Virus record (IMG/VR): IMGVR_UViG_3300019752_000001
DNA length: 64,000 nt
Reading direction: 5' to 3' (one strand)
Origin: a virus
Shown here: positions 38,799 through 49,007 of the stretch, one piece after another
Layout: each line of letters opens with the position of its first letter
Position numbering within the stretch: the stretch's first letter is position 1
The notes under the pieces: model-generated
What the model saw: the letters and a program-made list of their open reading frames with translations, nothing else
Databases searched by the model: none
Told to the model about the DNA's origin: nothing
Position numbers and translations under genes: made by a program

Positions 38799-38820
38799 AT
38801 ATCTCCTTATTACAGATACT

Positions 38821-38847
38821 AAAAAGCCCCAACTAAGGGGCTTTTTT
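38821..38847. terminator. terminator
   Basis: AAAAAGCCCC-AACTAA-GGGGCTTTTTT. Confidence 0.85.
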
Positions 38848-39222
38848 GTTTATTCTTGTAAAGGTTGAGAATGTAAGAATTATAAGTGTAGCTTCTATAA
38901 GCAGTGTGTTCATAAAGGTGTAGTGTATGTAGAATACATTCTGCCATGCATCAACCCAGACAAACAGGTTTAGGAAAATACTATACATTGCTACGCAAAT
39001 CAACAACCACCTTTTATGACCTTCGAGCTTCATATATAGGAGAATGTTAAACATCTCTCCTATACAGACACTTACATATATAGTTAGAGGTGTTAGGTTC
39101 CAAACCCACGTTGTAAATAACATAACGAACAGTAGTCCAAGTAGAACACTCCCTTCTGTTTCCTCACTGAAAGGGATTAGAAAGGATATAACTACACAAT
39201 AGTATATCAGGTTGTCATACAT
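38833..39222 (-). CDS. multi-pass membrane protein
   Basis: 4-5 hydrophobic segments. Confidence 0.7.
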   Translation of the reverse strand: MYDNLIYYCVVISFLIPFSEETEGSVLLGLLFVMLFTTWVWNLTPLTIYVSVCIGEMFNILLYMKLEGHKRWLLICVAMYSIFLNLFVWVDAWQNVFYIHYTFMNTLLIEATLIILTFSTFTRINKKAP

Positions 39223-39239
39223 TCTCTCCTCCGTATACG

Positions 39240-39317
39240 TTAACGGCTTAGTGTGCTTCCTCGTGGTGGCTTACGATCTTTATCCTTGCTGCCATTATTA
39301 CCTGGGTATCCGCTCAT
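39240..39317 (-). CDS. 25-aa peptide MSGYPGNNGSKDKDRKPPRGSTLSR
   Basis: manual read; AAGGA RBS; fills the gap between two genes. Confidence 0.45.
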   Translation of the reverse strand: MSGYPGNNGSKDKDRKPPRGSTLSR

Positions 39318-39318
39318 G

Positions 39319-39669
39319 TCAAGTATTCCTTTTATAGTTTGTTTGTGTTTGTGATAGTATCTGTTTAATATCTTTAGCTGACTCAGTGGATGTGGCTTCT
39401 ATGTTATCCATTTTAGCCTCTAACACAATTACCTTATCTTTCACCGTGGACAGTTCATCTATCTGAGCTGCCATCTCCGTCTGCTGAGCTTCTTGTACAG
39501 CATATCTCCTTGATATTTCCGTTATGGTTTTTTTATTATCCTCTATAATTTTATTCCTATCATTCAAAACCTTTATACCCAGCCCTATGAATAGTCCGAA
39601 CAAGGCTGTTAGGATTTGCCACAGCTTGGCTGCTGAGAAGATCCCTACTTCCAGACCCCCTGCTGACAT
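39319..39669 (-). CDS. single-TM coiled-coil protein, putative holin-like
   Basis: start moved to MSAGGL; TM WQILTALFGLFIGLGI then coiled coil. Confidence 0.55.
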   Translation of the reverse strand: MSAGGLEVGIFSAAKLWQILTALFGLFIGLGIKVLNDRNKIIEDNKKTITEISRRYAVQEAQQTEMAAQIDELSTVKDKVIVLEAKMDNIEATSTESAKDIKQILSQTQTNYKRNT

Positions 39670-39670
39670 A

Positions 39671-40282
39671 TTAAGGCTTCCTTCCAATAGCCATAATATG
39701 TACAGTAAGTACTTCAGATCCTGACACGTTACTCCCAATAACTCTGTTGGCATCTACAGTTACAGTTGTAGCAGATGTTGCAGCTACTCCTGTTAAAATC
39801 TCTGTACCTTCCAAACCACCCTCTGCTACATTCCTATTTGTAAGTTGAACTTGGAGAGGGGCGCTTGCAAGTGCAGGTGATAAGGTTGCTGTTCCAGAAG
39901 CAACAGACCCTATATCATTTGGAACCACTAAATCGATAGTTGTGAAAACTATTCGAAGATCTCCTATATCAACATGAGCAGAATTTAAATCTACCACGCT
40001 ATCTATCTCATCAACCTTAGTTTCAAGTGTTGTTACGGTATCTGTAATGGTTTGCAAATCTGTTACTAAAGTATTTACACGTTCATCATTATACCCTGTC
40101 CATCTGTATACGTTATTCCTCCATGCGTTTTCTTCTTGTGCTGTGGGTAGCTCTAGGTAATCAACCCCTATCTGCCTTAAGGTTAAACTAGGAGCCACTT
40201 TATTAACTCCTTGCCCACTAGGGAGATTTACGTCAGTAGTAGCCCATTCTGGTAGTTCTGTGGGTCTTGTCATTGTAGTCAT
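39671..40282 (-). CDS. short tail fibre protein
   Basis: N-term RP...PEWA...PTAQEEN baseplate-anchor motif; follows baseplate genes. Confidence 0.7.
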   Translation of the reverse strand: MTTMTRPTELPEWATTDVNLPSGQGVNKVAPSLTLRQIGVDYLELPTAQEENAWRNNVYRWTGYNDERVNTLVTDLQTITDTVTTLETKVDEIDSVVDLNSAHVDIGDLRIVFTTIDLVVPNDIGSVASGTATLSPALASAPLQVQLTNRNVAEGGLEGTEILTGVAATSATTVTVDANRVIGSNVSGSEVLTVHIMAIGRKP

Positions 40283-40310
40283 TTATTAGTCCTCTCCTTC
40301 TTCTTATTTA

Positions 40311-41165
40311 TTAATCCAATACTCTGAAAGGGTTATCTTGTAGTCTGTTAAACTCGGAAGTAACTTCTTTGTTACCTATAGAGATGATTTCACCAGCAGA
40401 AGTAGTAGTCCTATTATCAGTCCTTACCGTTTGATATCCCCGTAAGAACTCTGTACCCTCCGCAGTCTCTGTACTACCATAACCAAAGGCGTAACGTGGA
40501 TCATCTGAGTTAGCGAAGTCCCTATCTACACGAGATATGTGGGAACTCATACGTCCTGGTTGCTCATCATTGCTTATGTTTACACTGCCATAGCCTCTGA
40601 TATAAGGATGTGTAGCTTCTCCTGTCACACTCCCATAACCAAACACTTTCTCGTTGTGTATGTTAAGCCATTGAACATTACTCATTATAGGAAGTGCTCT
40701 ACTCACAGCATCTATAATATCTTGATTATTAACACAAGTAGGGTTAAATCCTAGCTGCAGGTAGTAACCATACCCTCTATAATGATGTACAAGTCTTATC
40801 CCTGTTAAGTAGTACAGAAGTTCGAGTATCTCATCAATAGCCCCACGGGATTGCCTCTGCAAGGAGCTTACACGTAAAGCTGCTCTGTAAGCCTCATCAC
40901 TTCTCCCCTCCCGAGGAACACTAAGCCCTACACCAATATTGTCTAGATTAACTCCTTCAGCTCTAACTAGGGTTCTTTCATACAGAAGAGGGATAATTGC
41001 ATCTGATTCCAACTCTTGAAGTTCTTGAGAGAACAACCCTAAGAATTTGTTTAGGTTCTCTGAGTCACAAAACTGACCTAGCAAATGACTAGGTAATGTC
41101 TCAGATATATTAAGCTTTTCTTCAATAACGTTTACAGAGGATTTACCATCAAGTAAACTTGTCAT
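40311..41165 (-). CDS. baseplate wedge protein (DUF2612-like)
   Basis: AEGVNLDNIG...R.GRSDEAYR. Confidence 0.75.
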   Translation of the reverse strand: MTSLLDGKSSVNVIEEKLNISETLPSHLLGQFCDSENLNKFLGLFSQELQELESDAIIPLLYERTLVRAEGVNLDNIGVGLSVPREGRSDEAYRAALRVSSLQRQSRGAIDEILELLYYLTGIRLVHHYRGYGYYLQLGFNPTCVNNQDIIDAVSRALPIMSNVQWLNIHNEKVFGYGSVTGEATHPYIRGYGSVNISNDEQPGRMSSHISRVDRDFANSDDPRYAFGYGSTETAEGTEFLRGYQTVRTDNRTTTSAGEIISIGNKEVTSEFNRLQDNPFRVLD

Positions 41166-41174
41166 ATCTCCTCC

Positions 41175-42641
41175 TTAAATTCTTCGGAATGTTATGTTGT
41201 CACTTCCCCAGTTGAATATCTCAAACACCCCAGCTGATAAGTTCACTTCTTGATAAGCACTATCTGGTTCACCTTCTGGCTTGGTTTCTACAGTGAGTAT
41301 GATGAGGTCATTTACATTACACAGTACAGGACGCTGTAGTTGGAGAGTTGTAAGCCCCTCAGCAATATCCACTCTTGTCAGAAGGTTTAAGAACCCAGAT
41401 ATAACCTCTTGCTGTTCATCTGCAGTTAACTCTGTTCCATCCTCTTTACGATAACTAACTCGGATATCTATATCCCTCACAGTAGCTTCTGTGAACCTCT
41501 GAGGAGATATACCTCCACCGAAATTCATCACATTAACAATAGTAGAGCCGTGTTGAGCAACATTAAGAGGTCCATAAGTATGCAACACCTCTCCAATCTC
41601 CTCATTCACGCCTCCAGCCACAACAACATGATAAGCCCAGCTCTGAGGAACCTGAACAGTAGGTACGTTTGTAACGTTCTTATAAACCCGTACAGAGCGT
41701 ACACCACCAAGCATACCAATCTGTTGAAGTAGTGCGTCTTCTGTTCCTATAGCTTCTGAGCGTAACTGTGTAGCCCCTCTTATACGAAACTCTGCATCTG
41801 TCTCTACATTTCTACCAGGGTTGAAATCCTCGTAAGTGAAGGCGTCTGAATAACCGGGGAAATTAGGTGTAGCTCTGAACTGTGAACCTCTGGCTACCAG
41901 TTGCCTGCCTGGTTCAATAGCCTCTATGTTTACTATGCCATACCTCAGTCCTACTAAAGGTGACAGGTTAAAGTCATGAGAGGATAATAGGATATTGTAA
42001 GTGGTGTCTGGGTTAATACCTACCAGAAGTGTGTCAGCTGTTACAGAAGTTTTACCAACAGATTCAGCTACATGGGTATTCCAGAACAATGCCAACGCAT
42101 TCAGGTATGATCTTTTCTCTGCATCATCAGCTAATGATGTACTTGGGAGTGTCTGTACGGCACCTGCATCATCTACTAGCGTGGCTGTATAAACCTGTCC
42201 AGTTACTAAATCAGATAATGCTAGTCGATAAGCGTAAGTGTTAGATGCCCCAACTCCTGTTGTAGTGGACATAAACCTTGCACCATTAGCAAGACTAAAC
42301 CGTCTACTAGACAGAGTTGTTAACGCTAACCTATTATCTGTTTCTAAGAGGATTGGCCCGTTAGCAGCAGCCTGATCGAGCCTTGTAACACCTAACAAAT
42401 TAAAGTAGTTATCTAGGTGAACACCTTCGGCTCCTTGTCTAGTATAGGCTGCATAACTTTCCTCTGTAGCCTGCCACAGCTCATCAACTTCTAACGCAAT
42501 GCTTCCTGCAATCTGGAGGAACACACTGTCATCGGAGGTGTTAAAATCTTCTCCGAAAGCTTCTCTGGCCCTTTGTCGTAAACTGTCAAGTATTCTAGGT
42601 AGTGTCTTTCTGTCAAACCCACTTGATGTGAGTCCTGCCAT
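41175..42641 (-). CDS. baseplate J-like protein
   Basis: GLT..GF, AEG..LD, GR..ETDAEFR.R. Confidence 0.88.
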   Translation of the reverse strand: MAGLTSSGFDRKTLPRILDSLRQRAREAFGEDFNTSDDSVFLQIAGSIALEVDELWQATEESYAAYTRQGAEGVHLDNYFNLLGVTRLDQAAANGPILLETDNRLALTTLSSRRFSLANGARFMSTTTGVGASNTYAYRLALSDLVTGQVYTATLVDDAGAVQTLPSTSLADDAEKRSYLNALALFWNTHVAESVGKTSVTADTLLVGINPDTTYNILLSSHDFNLSPLVGLRYGIVNIEAIEPGRQLVARGSQFRATPNFPGYSDAFTYEDFNPGRNVETDAEFRIRGATQLRSEAIGTEDALLQQIGMLGGVRSVRVYKNVTNVPTVQVPQSWAYHVVVAGGVNEEIGEVLHTYGPLNVAQHGSTIVNVMNFGGGISPQRFTEATVRDIDIRVSYRKEDGTELTADEQQEVISGFLNLLTRVDIAEGLTTLQLQRPVLCNVNDLIILTVETKPEGEPDSAYQEVNLSAGVFEIFNWGSDNITFRRI

Positions 42642-42677
42642 ATTATTCTCCTTAGTGTGCTACATCCGTGTGTTGTG

Positions 42678-43103
42678 TTAAGGGATTTTACAAACAATGG
42701 GTTGGAGTGTATTAGGGTCAGGGTATATGTAACGGTCAGGGTTAAATCTCCTACCTACCATTAACTCTCCTTCTGTTGTTCGTAAGTTCATTTCAACTAT
42801 TGAGTATGTTCGTCTAACCCTATCAAACTCGCTTCTAAAACTTACAAGTTCTTCTACTCCGTCAACTGCCAAGATCCTTGTAAGGAAGATATCATCAACA
42901 AGTGTTTGAGTTTCAACCTTCTGGAATATCTCTTGTAAATAAGGGATTCCGAAAGCTTCATTAAGCAGCCATTCTCCTTGCCAAGCACGGATAGTGATCA
43001 GTACACGCTGCCTAACATCTTGAGAGTTTAAAGAGGTAAATGATAAGTCTCCGTTTACAATAGCGAGGTCATCATTGTTTTCATTCAATAAGAAGTCTGT
43101 CAT
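42678..43103 (-). CDS. baseplate wedge / sheath initiator
   Basis: QRV......GEWLLN..FGIPY. Confidence 0.8.
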   Translation of the reverse strand: MTDFLLNENNDDLAIVNGDLSFTSLNSQDVRQRVLITIRAWQGEWLLNEAFGIPYLQEIFQKVETQTLVDDIFLTRILAVDGVEELVSFRSEFDRVRRTYSIVEMNLRTTEGELMVGRRFNPDRYIYPDPNTLQPIVCKIP

Positions 43104-43747
43104 TAGTTAGGCACCGATGTACTTGATGTTCCACTACGAACACCACCATGTGTATGATCATCTCCAACATTAACTCCGTTGTGTGTGAAGCTCCCACCAT
43201 TAGCAGAGAAGTTTCCATTAACAACAGTATTACCGTTAACGATGAGTGTGTCTGAGGGAGTGATTATAATGTTTCCATCTTCATTCATACGTATTGTAGA
43301 AGATCCTGCTTGGATAACTACAGCATCCGATGCAACTTCTGTGGGGTTAGTGTGTGTGAATAAACAAGGAGTGACGAATACAGGATTTGACTGATGAGCT
43401 AAACCTGAGAAACTATCTACTACTGTCTTACCATCACTTCCATAAAACTCGAATAAGTCTCTTTGAGAGTAATGAAGCATCACTGTATCATTTACACGAA
43501 TAGGAAATGTTATTTTAAACTTCCCTACATCTCCACTTAGTATCTGGAAAGGTACATCGTAAACTTCTGGAAGAGTGGTTTGTTTCTCATCTCCCCCTTT
43601 GCTACGTATAAGGGGTTGAACATCTACACAGTTCCTGTCTAAATGTACTGCTGTAACTACTGCTGGAATACCTGTGTAAACATTCTGTAATCTTGCTTCA
43701 ATAAAGTTTGTTAACGTATCTGTAAAACTATCTGTAGGTTGATGCAT
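43103..43747 (-). CDS. baseplate central spike (Gp138/gpV-like)
   Basis: OB-fold VDVQP, C-term HTHGGV metal-binding apex. Confidence 0.85.
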   Translation of the reverse strand: MHQPTDSFTDTLTNFIEARLQNVYTGIPAVVTAVHLDRNCVDVQPLIRSKGGDEKQTTLPEVYDVPFQILSGDVGKFKITFPIRVNDTVMLHYSQRDLFEFYGSDGKTVVDSFSGLAHQSNPVFVTPCLFTHTNPTEVASDAVVIQAGSSTIRMNEDGNIIITPSDTLIVNGNTVVNGNFSANGGSFTHNGVNVGDDHTHGGVRSGTSSTSVPN

Positions 43748-44745
43748 TATATAGGATTACCTCCTTCATCAAACTCACCAACATCAAAGAAAGAGAGTGC
43801 TGGGTTTCGAACATCAGTAACTTTTAATGCTTCACATTCTGTGTACCACCCATTCCCACGCCAATCCCCAGAGTGGTTAACTTTGGATATTCTGAAAGTA
43901 CCTTCGAAGTCTCTACTGTTTATAATTACTAACGAGTCTACTGTAAGGTTTCCATCAAGCAACACCTTAAACCTAATACCTGTAGGTGACTCAGAAGATC
44001 CCTGTTTAATACCTTGAGATTTATCAAGTATAGCAGGACTACCTATCAGTCCACTACGCTCGTTATACTCAGCTACCTCTGTCAAGTTAACCCTGTGTCT
44101 ATCTACAAAGTTAACCTTACCATCAGTTATATTAAACCTATAGTTAATCTCTTTAGCTACTCGTCTTAGTCCATCAACAGTAGGACCATCGTAACTCCAA
44201 GGAGCTTTAGCAACCATCAACAAGGGAGGCTCATCAAAGATCCCTGTAGGAAGCTTCATATCAACCAGGAGACGTTCTATAATACTCTTGTAGGTTTCAT
44301 TAGCTAAAAAGGAAACACTACTCACAGCTTCTTTAGCGGGCGTATAACCATCTCCAAGTGTTAGCTTAGTGATCCTATCAACACCTTCAAATCTATCTGT
44401 TAGACTGACAATAGTACCTAAGAAGATTACTTTTAAAGGTTCTTGATTTGTTGCAGCCTCTAATTTAACATAAACTTCTTGACCTGCAGAGGCTTCTATA
44501 AACCCCTTCATGTCATCATTTATATTAGTAAGTGTTATAGATCCTTTGTTCTGATCTGCGGATGCAGTCTTTTCAATATCAAACTGTATCCTGTGTCCTG
44601 TGTCTGTAGAGAGAATACGAGACTGAACAGACAAACCTCTATCTGGTACAAACACTTGGAGTTCTTCTAATTCTTCTATATTCGACAGGTTTAAGGCTTT
44701 ACCAAACTCTAGCCTGTATCTTCTATTCAGTCCTTGTAAGGCCAT
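43747..44745 (-). CDS. baseplate hub protein
   Basis: F.IEK...N...I.L.N; SGLIGSP; H.GD..G..W. Confidence 0.8.
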   Translation of the reverse strand: MALQGLNRRYRLEFGKALNLSNIEELEELQVFVPDRGLSVQSRILSTDTGHRIQFDIEKTASADQNKGSITLTNINDDMKGFIEASAGQEVYVKLEAATNQEPLKVIFLGTIVSLTDRFEGVDRITKLTLGDGYTPAKEAVSSVSFLANETYKSIIERLLVDMKLPTGIFDEPPLLMVAKAPWSYDGPTVDGLRRVAKEINYRFNITDGKVNFVDRHRVNLTEVAEYNERSGLIGSPAILDKSQGIKQGSSESPTGIRFKVLLDGNLTVDSLVIINSRDFEGTFRISKVNHSGDWRGNGWYTECEALKVTDVRNPALSFFDVGEFDEGGNPI

Positions 44746-44766
44746 TCTACTCCACCTTTGTATTTT

Positions 44767-45111
44767 CTATATAAGCTCTGTAGTCTTTAAATACACTAAC
44801 TGGAACCTTCCGTTGTCCTCTCTTAATCCAAACCTATCAACTCTTCCATAGTCCCTTTCTACGTCCACGACATAGAAGTTACCTGGAGCTACTCCTGTCA
44901 GGTATTTAAAACCTTCTGTAATGTCTAGCCCGTTTGTAACTTTTCTCTGTATAGAAGGAGGGAATCCTGAAGCACCTATTGAGAAGTACCAAGCACCATC
45001 CCCTGTAGTAGTTCTCATTGGGTTATATTGAAGTCGTATATCGTAAGAGGTTCCTTCTAAACTAACTGTTTGTGTGTAATCTGCCAGATTATCAAGAGGT
45101 AATACTATCAT
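44767..45111 (-). CDS. baseplate plug / virion protein
   Basis: Q.V.L.G..Y..RL.YN...W pattern and synteny. Confidence 0.65.
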   Translation of the reverse strand: MIVLPLDNLADYTQTVSLEGTSYDIRLQYNPMRTTTGDGAWYFSIGASGFPPSIQRKVTNGLDITEGFKYLTGVAPGNFYVVDVERDYGRVDRFGLREDNGRFQLVYLKTTELI

Positions 45112-45135
45112 AACAAATAATCCTTATATATCAAG

Positions 45136-45160
45136 GAGAAGGCTTATTTATAAGCCTTCT
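45136..45160. terminator. hairpin, possible terminator or processing site
   Basis: AGAAGGCTTA/TAAGCCTTCT. Confidence 0.45.
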
Positions 45161-45787
45161 CTATCCACCTATTATAGTTTCTCCAGCATCTGTAATAACC
45201 CTTGTAGTTTCTCCGAAGTTATCGCTGAAGAAACTACCTATGCTACTGAACAGTCCTTCGTCAGCTTCAGAGTTTCCCTCATTCTCTGCATCCTTAGCTT
45301 CCTTACTACCTACCTTCGTAGGTCTTAATAGCCTATCTAGTAGCTCAGCGCTAGTAATAACAGCTTCAGGTTCAACAATCTGGACTTGTTCAAGTGTGAT
45401 ACTAAACTGTAAACTGTCTCCTACTTGAGCTGTACGTGGAAAGGATAGAGAGGTGATTACACATTGATCAAATGCTTGTAACTCTGACCTTACAGATATA
45501 AACTCCCTATTTTCTTTTAACCTGACCAGTTGTCTATATTGCGCTCTAACTCTATTTGGTCCGGCATCAATAGCATCTCTTATCGGGTAGTTAACAATAC
45601 ATCCTTGTATGTCTATTACAGTGTTCTGCCTGAATACATGATCAGATATATTGTTACCACCTTCTGTCGGGTGAGCTGTTACAGTGTTTGTAAACTTTGG
45701 TGTTACTGAGGTAGCTGCATCAATATGTATAATTGATTCGTTAGTTATTAAACTTTGCCTACCTCCAGCAATTATAGTGAAACTCAT
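45161..45787 (-). CDS. tail tube initiator / Dit-like baseplate protein
   Basis: DA......VT.HP.E.G..ISDH; follows tape measure. Confidence 0.75.
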   Translation of the reverse strand: MSFTIIAGGRQSLITNESIIHIDAATSVTPKFTNTVTAHPTEGGNNISDHVFRQNTVIDIQGCIVNYPIRDAIDAGPNRVRAQYRQLVRLKENREFISVRSELQAFDQCVITSLSFPRTAQVGDSLQFSITLEQVQIVEPEAVITSAELLDRLLRPTKVGSKEAKDAENEGNSEADEGLFSSIGSFFSDNFGETTRVITDAGETIIGG

Positions 45788-45798
45788 AAAGTGTCTCC

Positions 45799-47658
45799 TT
45801 ATTGGCTGCTGTTAGAGGCCATAGCACTCTGCAGGCTATTTAAGTTGGATGATGCACCTTGAGAGATTCTGGCATCCAACATATCACTCTTCAGGTCAAC
45901 CTCTACAGCAACACTATTATTAACTGATACACTCTGAGCAGCGCTACGTACAACTGCAGCTCCTACATCACCACCTGTAGCAGACCCTGTTGCGGACACA
46001 TTAAATTGATCTCCTGAGAATAGAGATGCAATATAGTCATAAGTTTCTGTAGCAAACTTCTTAATATCATCCCAGAAGTAATAGATAGCTGAAAGTGCTG
46101 TAATAACTGCTGTAACTACTAATGCAGGGAAGCTTACAATACCTCCGATTACACCAGCCATCAACGCACCTATTCTACCTAACCATAAGGCGACGGCTCC
46201 ACCGCTAGCTGCTAATGATCCCATACCTTGTAAAACTGGCAGGACATGCTTAGCAATAGCTTTTAGTCTCCAAACCCATAAACCCCATGTTGCAGCTACA
46301 CCAAGAATAGTCCCTGCAAATTTACTAACAACACTTTGACCATCTACTCCAAGCAGGTTCATAATGTCTACTAGTAGACTAACTGCCAACCTTAGCGGAA
46401 GAGTGAGTAATGTAAAGATTGTGTTCAAGGCTCTACCTAAGATGAATGCTAAAGGGGTGGCTGCTTTCATCCCGTTAGCTAAAGATTCGAACAGTTTGGT
46501 AGTTAAGTCTCCAAATCCACCACGGAAGAATTGATTCTTCAGATCTTGGAATGTGGATATCATCCTGTTCATAGCTGTTTGGTTACTATGCAGGGCTTTG
46601 TCTAATGACCCACCAGTCCTAGCCATCTTAGCCATGGACTTTGTAACTTTAGGAAGTACTTCAGCGGATAACAGTTTCCCGGTTTCCATCATCTTGAGAA
46701 ACTCGTCGTTGCTTACACCAAGTGCATCAGAGAATAATTTTAACCCTCCAGGGATACTTTCTGCGAACTGGTTTTTAACATCATCTGCTTGCAATGTACC
46801 TTTGTTAAGCATCTGCTCAACAGCTCTCATACCGAGCTTCATACGCTCTGTGTTAATCTTAGCTGCAACACCTAACTCACTAAAAGCTGTAAAGAAGTCC
46901 TCAATTTGCGTAGGCTCCATAACACCTTTAGCTGCAATACTTAACCTAGCAAAGCCATCCTGCGCAGTTATTAGATCTAAGCCTAACCTAGTTACCTGAC
47001 CCCTTACATACTTAATAGCCTCAGCAGCCTTCTCAGGACTACCTGTACCAATAAGCATCTTAGCTTCTGTAGCCTCAAACTGTTGACCAGTTCGGACTAC
47101 TTCACTACCTGCTTCAAACCCTGCATAACCAATACCGCCCGCAACTAACATTGTACGCCATTCACGGAAGCGCTTATTAAAACTCTTCATCTCTCTGTTA
47201 GCTTTAGACATATTAGCTTGTACATTAGAGATACGTGCAGAATATTCTCGTGTGGTGATTGCTCCAGACATAAACTTCTGATTGATTGCTGCAATCTGTC
47301 TGTTAAACTTCTCCATTTGCTCAGGCTTCAAATTACTCCTGTCAAAGAAACCTCCAGCACCACTAGTCCTTATTTTCCTAGCGTCCATCATATCTTGACG
47401 ACGAGCAATAACTTTTAAATGTTTCTCACGAGCTTTTACTTGAGCATCTTGTGCAGCTGGCCTAGAAGACCTACCTCCACCTCCTGTTCCTCTTCCACCT
47501 CCACCAGTAATCCTACCAATATTGGTGTTACCAATCCCTTGGAGTTGCTTCTTAAGCTGACCAATACGTTTCTGGTATCTGTCTAGGTTCTTCCAACTAG
47601 GTCGGTCTATTGTAAAACCAACCTTGTTATCAATTCTTCCTATTGTCTGTACAGCCAT
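45799..47658 (-). CDS. tape measure protein
   Basis: A..QM..KG....D...Q..E.IPG tape-measure domain; hydrophobic helical C-term. Confidence 0.9.
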   Translation of the reverse strand: MAVQTIGRIDNKVGFTIDRPSWKNLDRYQKRIGQLKKQLQGIGNTNIGRITGGGGRGTGGGGRSSRPAAQDAQVKAREKHLKVIARRQDMMDARKIRTSGAGGFFDRSNLKPEQMEKFNRQIAAINQKFMSGAITTREYSARISNVQANMSKANREMKSFNKRFREWRTMLVAGGIGYAGFEAGSEVVRTGQQFEATEAKMLIGTGSPEKAAEAIKYVRGQVTRLGLDLITAQDGFARLSIAAKGVMEPTQIEDFFTAFSELGVAAKINTERMKLGMRAVEQMLNKGTLQADDVKNQFAESIPGGLKLFSDALGVSNDEFLKMMETGKLLSAEVLPKVTKSMAKMARTGGSLDKALHSNQTAMNRMISTFQDLKNQFFRGGFGDLTTKLFESLANGMKAATPLAFILGRALNTIFTLLTLPLRLAVSLLVDIMNLLGVDGQSVVSKFAGTILGVAATWGLWVWRLKAIAKHVLPVLQGMGSLAASGGAVALWLGRIGALMAGVIGGIVSFPALVVTAVITALSAIYYFWDDIKKFATETYDYIASLFSGDQFNVSATGSATGGDVGAAVVRSAAQSVSVNNSVAVEVDLKSDMLDARISQGASSNLNSLQSAMASNSSQ

Positions 47659-48352
47659 TATCGGCTCCTTGACATACTATTCTGTTGCTGTTGTTCCTTC
47701 TCTGCTTTAGCTCTCTGTAGCTGATCTTCAGCATATTGTTTCATATCTAAAGCTTCGGATAGTTTCATAACATACGACAGAGGAGCTTCTTTAAGGCTGG
47801 AGTAGTTTTCATTACTATTCAGTAACACTCTGGTGTATAACTGATCCCACCAATCCAACCCTGTTGTGCTGTTTATATATTTAACAATTCCAGGCTTAAG
47901 AGTTATTTCTGTGCCAATGCTACTTTTGTGATTCCTGTCATTTGCGTCATCAGGGACGCTAAACCTTTTCCCTGATAAAGACTCCCATAATTAACCATCA
48001 AACTCTCAGCGGCAATTTGACACAACACTGACAAGTCTGTCCCACAAACCTCTTCCAGGTTGATTGCACTATTCTGATAGTATACATCCTCACAAATCAT
48101 CTTGAAAAACTCTACAGCATCGTTAGCTTCAAGCTCATCAAATAGCATTGCTAGTGCGAGGGGGATAGCATTCTGCCATTCATCACCTTCAGACATAAGG
48201 ATTGATAAAGGCTGTGCAATTACTCGTCCTACCTGAGGAAACCGGGACATTGCCTTAAAAACTCCCCAAGGCATAACCATCAAATCTTTCTTTTCAGTGG
48301 AGCCGTCTGGCTGTAATACTTCTACAGTGAATTTCTTTTGTACTTCAATCAT
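47658..48352 (-). CDS. tail assembly chaperone (47903-48352) with a -1 frameshift-extended form to 47658
   Basis: slippery G GGA AAA at 47966-47972; -1 frame open (RFSVPDDANDR...LDWWDQ) into track ORF 47658..47858. Confidence 0.8.
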
Positions 48353-48369
48353 GTTTGTTATTCTCCTTT

Positions 48370-48394
48370 GAAGGGGCTTTACACAGCCCCCTTC
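48370..48394 (-). terminator. hairpin after tail tube gene
   Basis: GAAGGGGCT/AGCCCCCTTC. Confidence 0.5.
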
Positions 48395-48443
48395 TTAATG
48401 TTTAGTTATTATGTGTGGGTGTTGTTAACCAATAACAAACCTA

Positions 48444-48926
48444 TTAAGTAATTACCCCACGGAATACAGCTTCTACTGCAACACCCTGTTCCTGGGCATC
48501 CTGAGACACTTCATAGGAAATGTTGGCAACTCCAATCACCCAGTCCATCTGCATAATTTCCTGAGCCATACTGAGTGTAGGTTGTGTCTCAATCCAACCT
48601 TGAGTCTGTAGAACAATACCAGATGAAGGATCTATGAAGGATACATCGAACCAAGGGATACCAGTCTCTTCTTGAGCATAGAAGTTAACTAGGCTTCGGT
48701 TTGTACGTGAAGTGTTCTTAAGTGAGATAGTAATCATACCTACCTCGTTCCTGTTGCGGGCAATTGCCACTGCACCATCTACACCAACTTTAGGGAGAAT
48801 CCTGTCCTGTTCCTTACTGATTTCAATAGCTGTATCTTCAGCGTAATCAACTGGTTCAATACCACCTAACAGGAGTGTCACATTCTTAGGGTCGTAATAC
48901 CCTGTTGCAACGTTACGAATTTGCAT
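48444..48926 (-). CDS. tail tube protein
   Basis: YDPK.V...G...VG.DG...G.ITI.L..TS..N; follows sheath. Confidence 0.85.
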   Translation of the reverse strand: MQIRNVATGYYDPKNVTLLLGGIEPVDYAEDTAIEISKEQDRILPKVGVDGAVAIARNRNEVGMITISLKNTSRTNRSLVNFYAQEETGIPWFDVSFIDPSSGIVLQTQGWIETQPTLSMAQEIMQMDWVIGVANISYEVSQDAQEQGVAVEAVFRGVIT

Positions 48927-49007
48927 ATACTATCTACCTTTACCTTTACAAATGATTATAGAGGCTCCCTTTACAGAAGCCTCGTGGACGGACTTTATAG
49001 TTACTGA

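Noticed and set aside
36718-38868. Plus-strand ORFs inside the 873-aa gene, and similar antisense ORFs across the tail and replication genes
   Set aside because: Shadow frames of long genes with no RBS or motifs.
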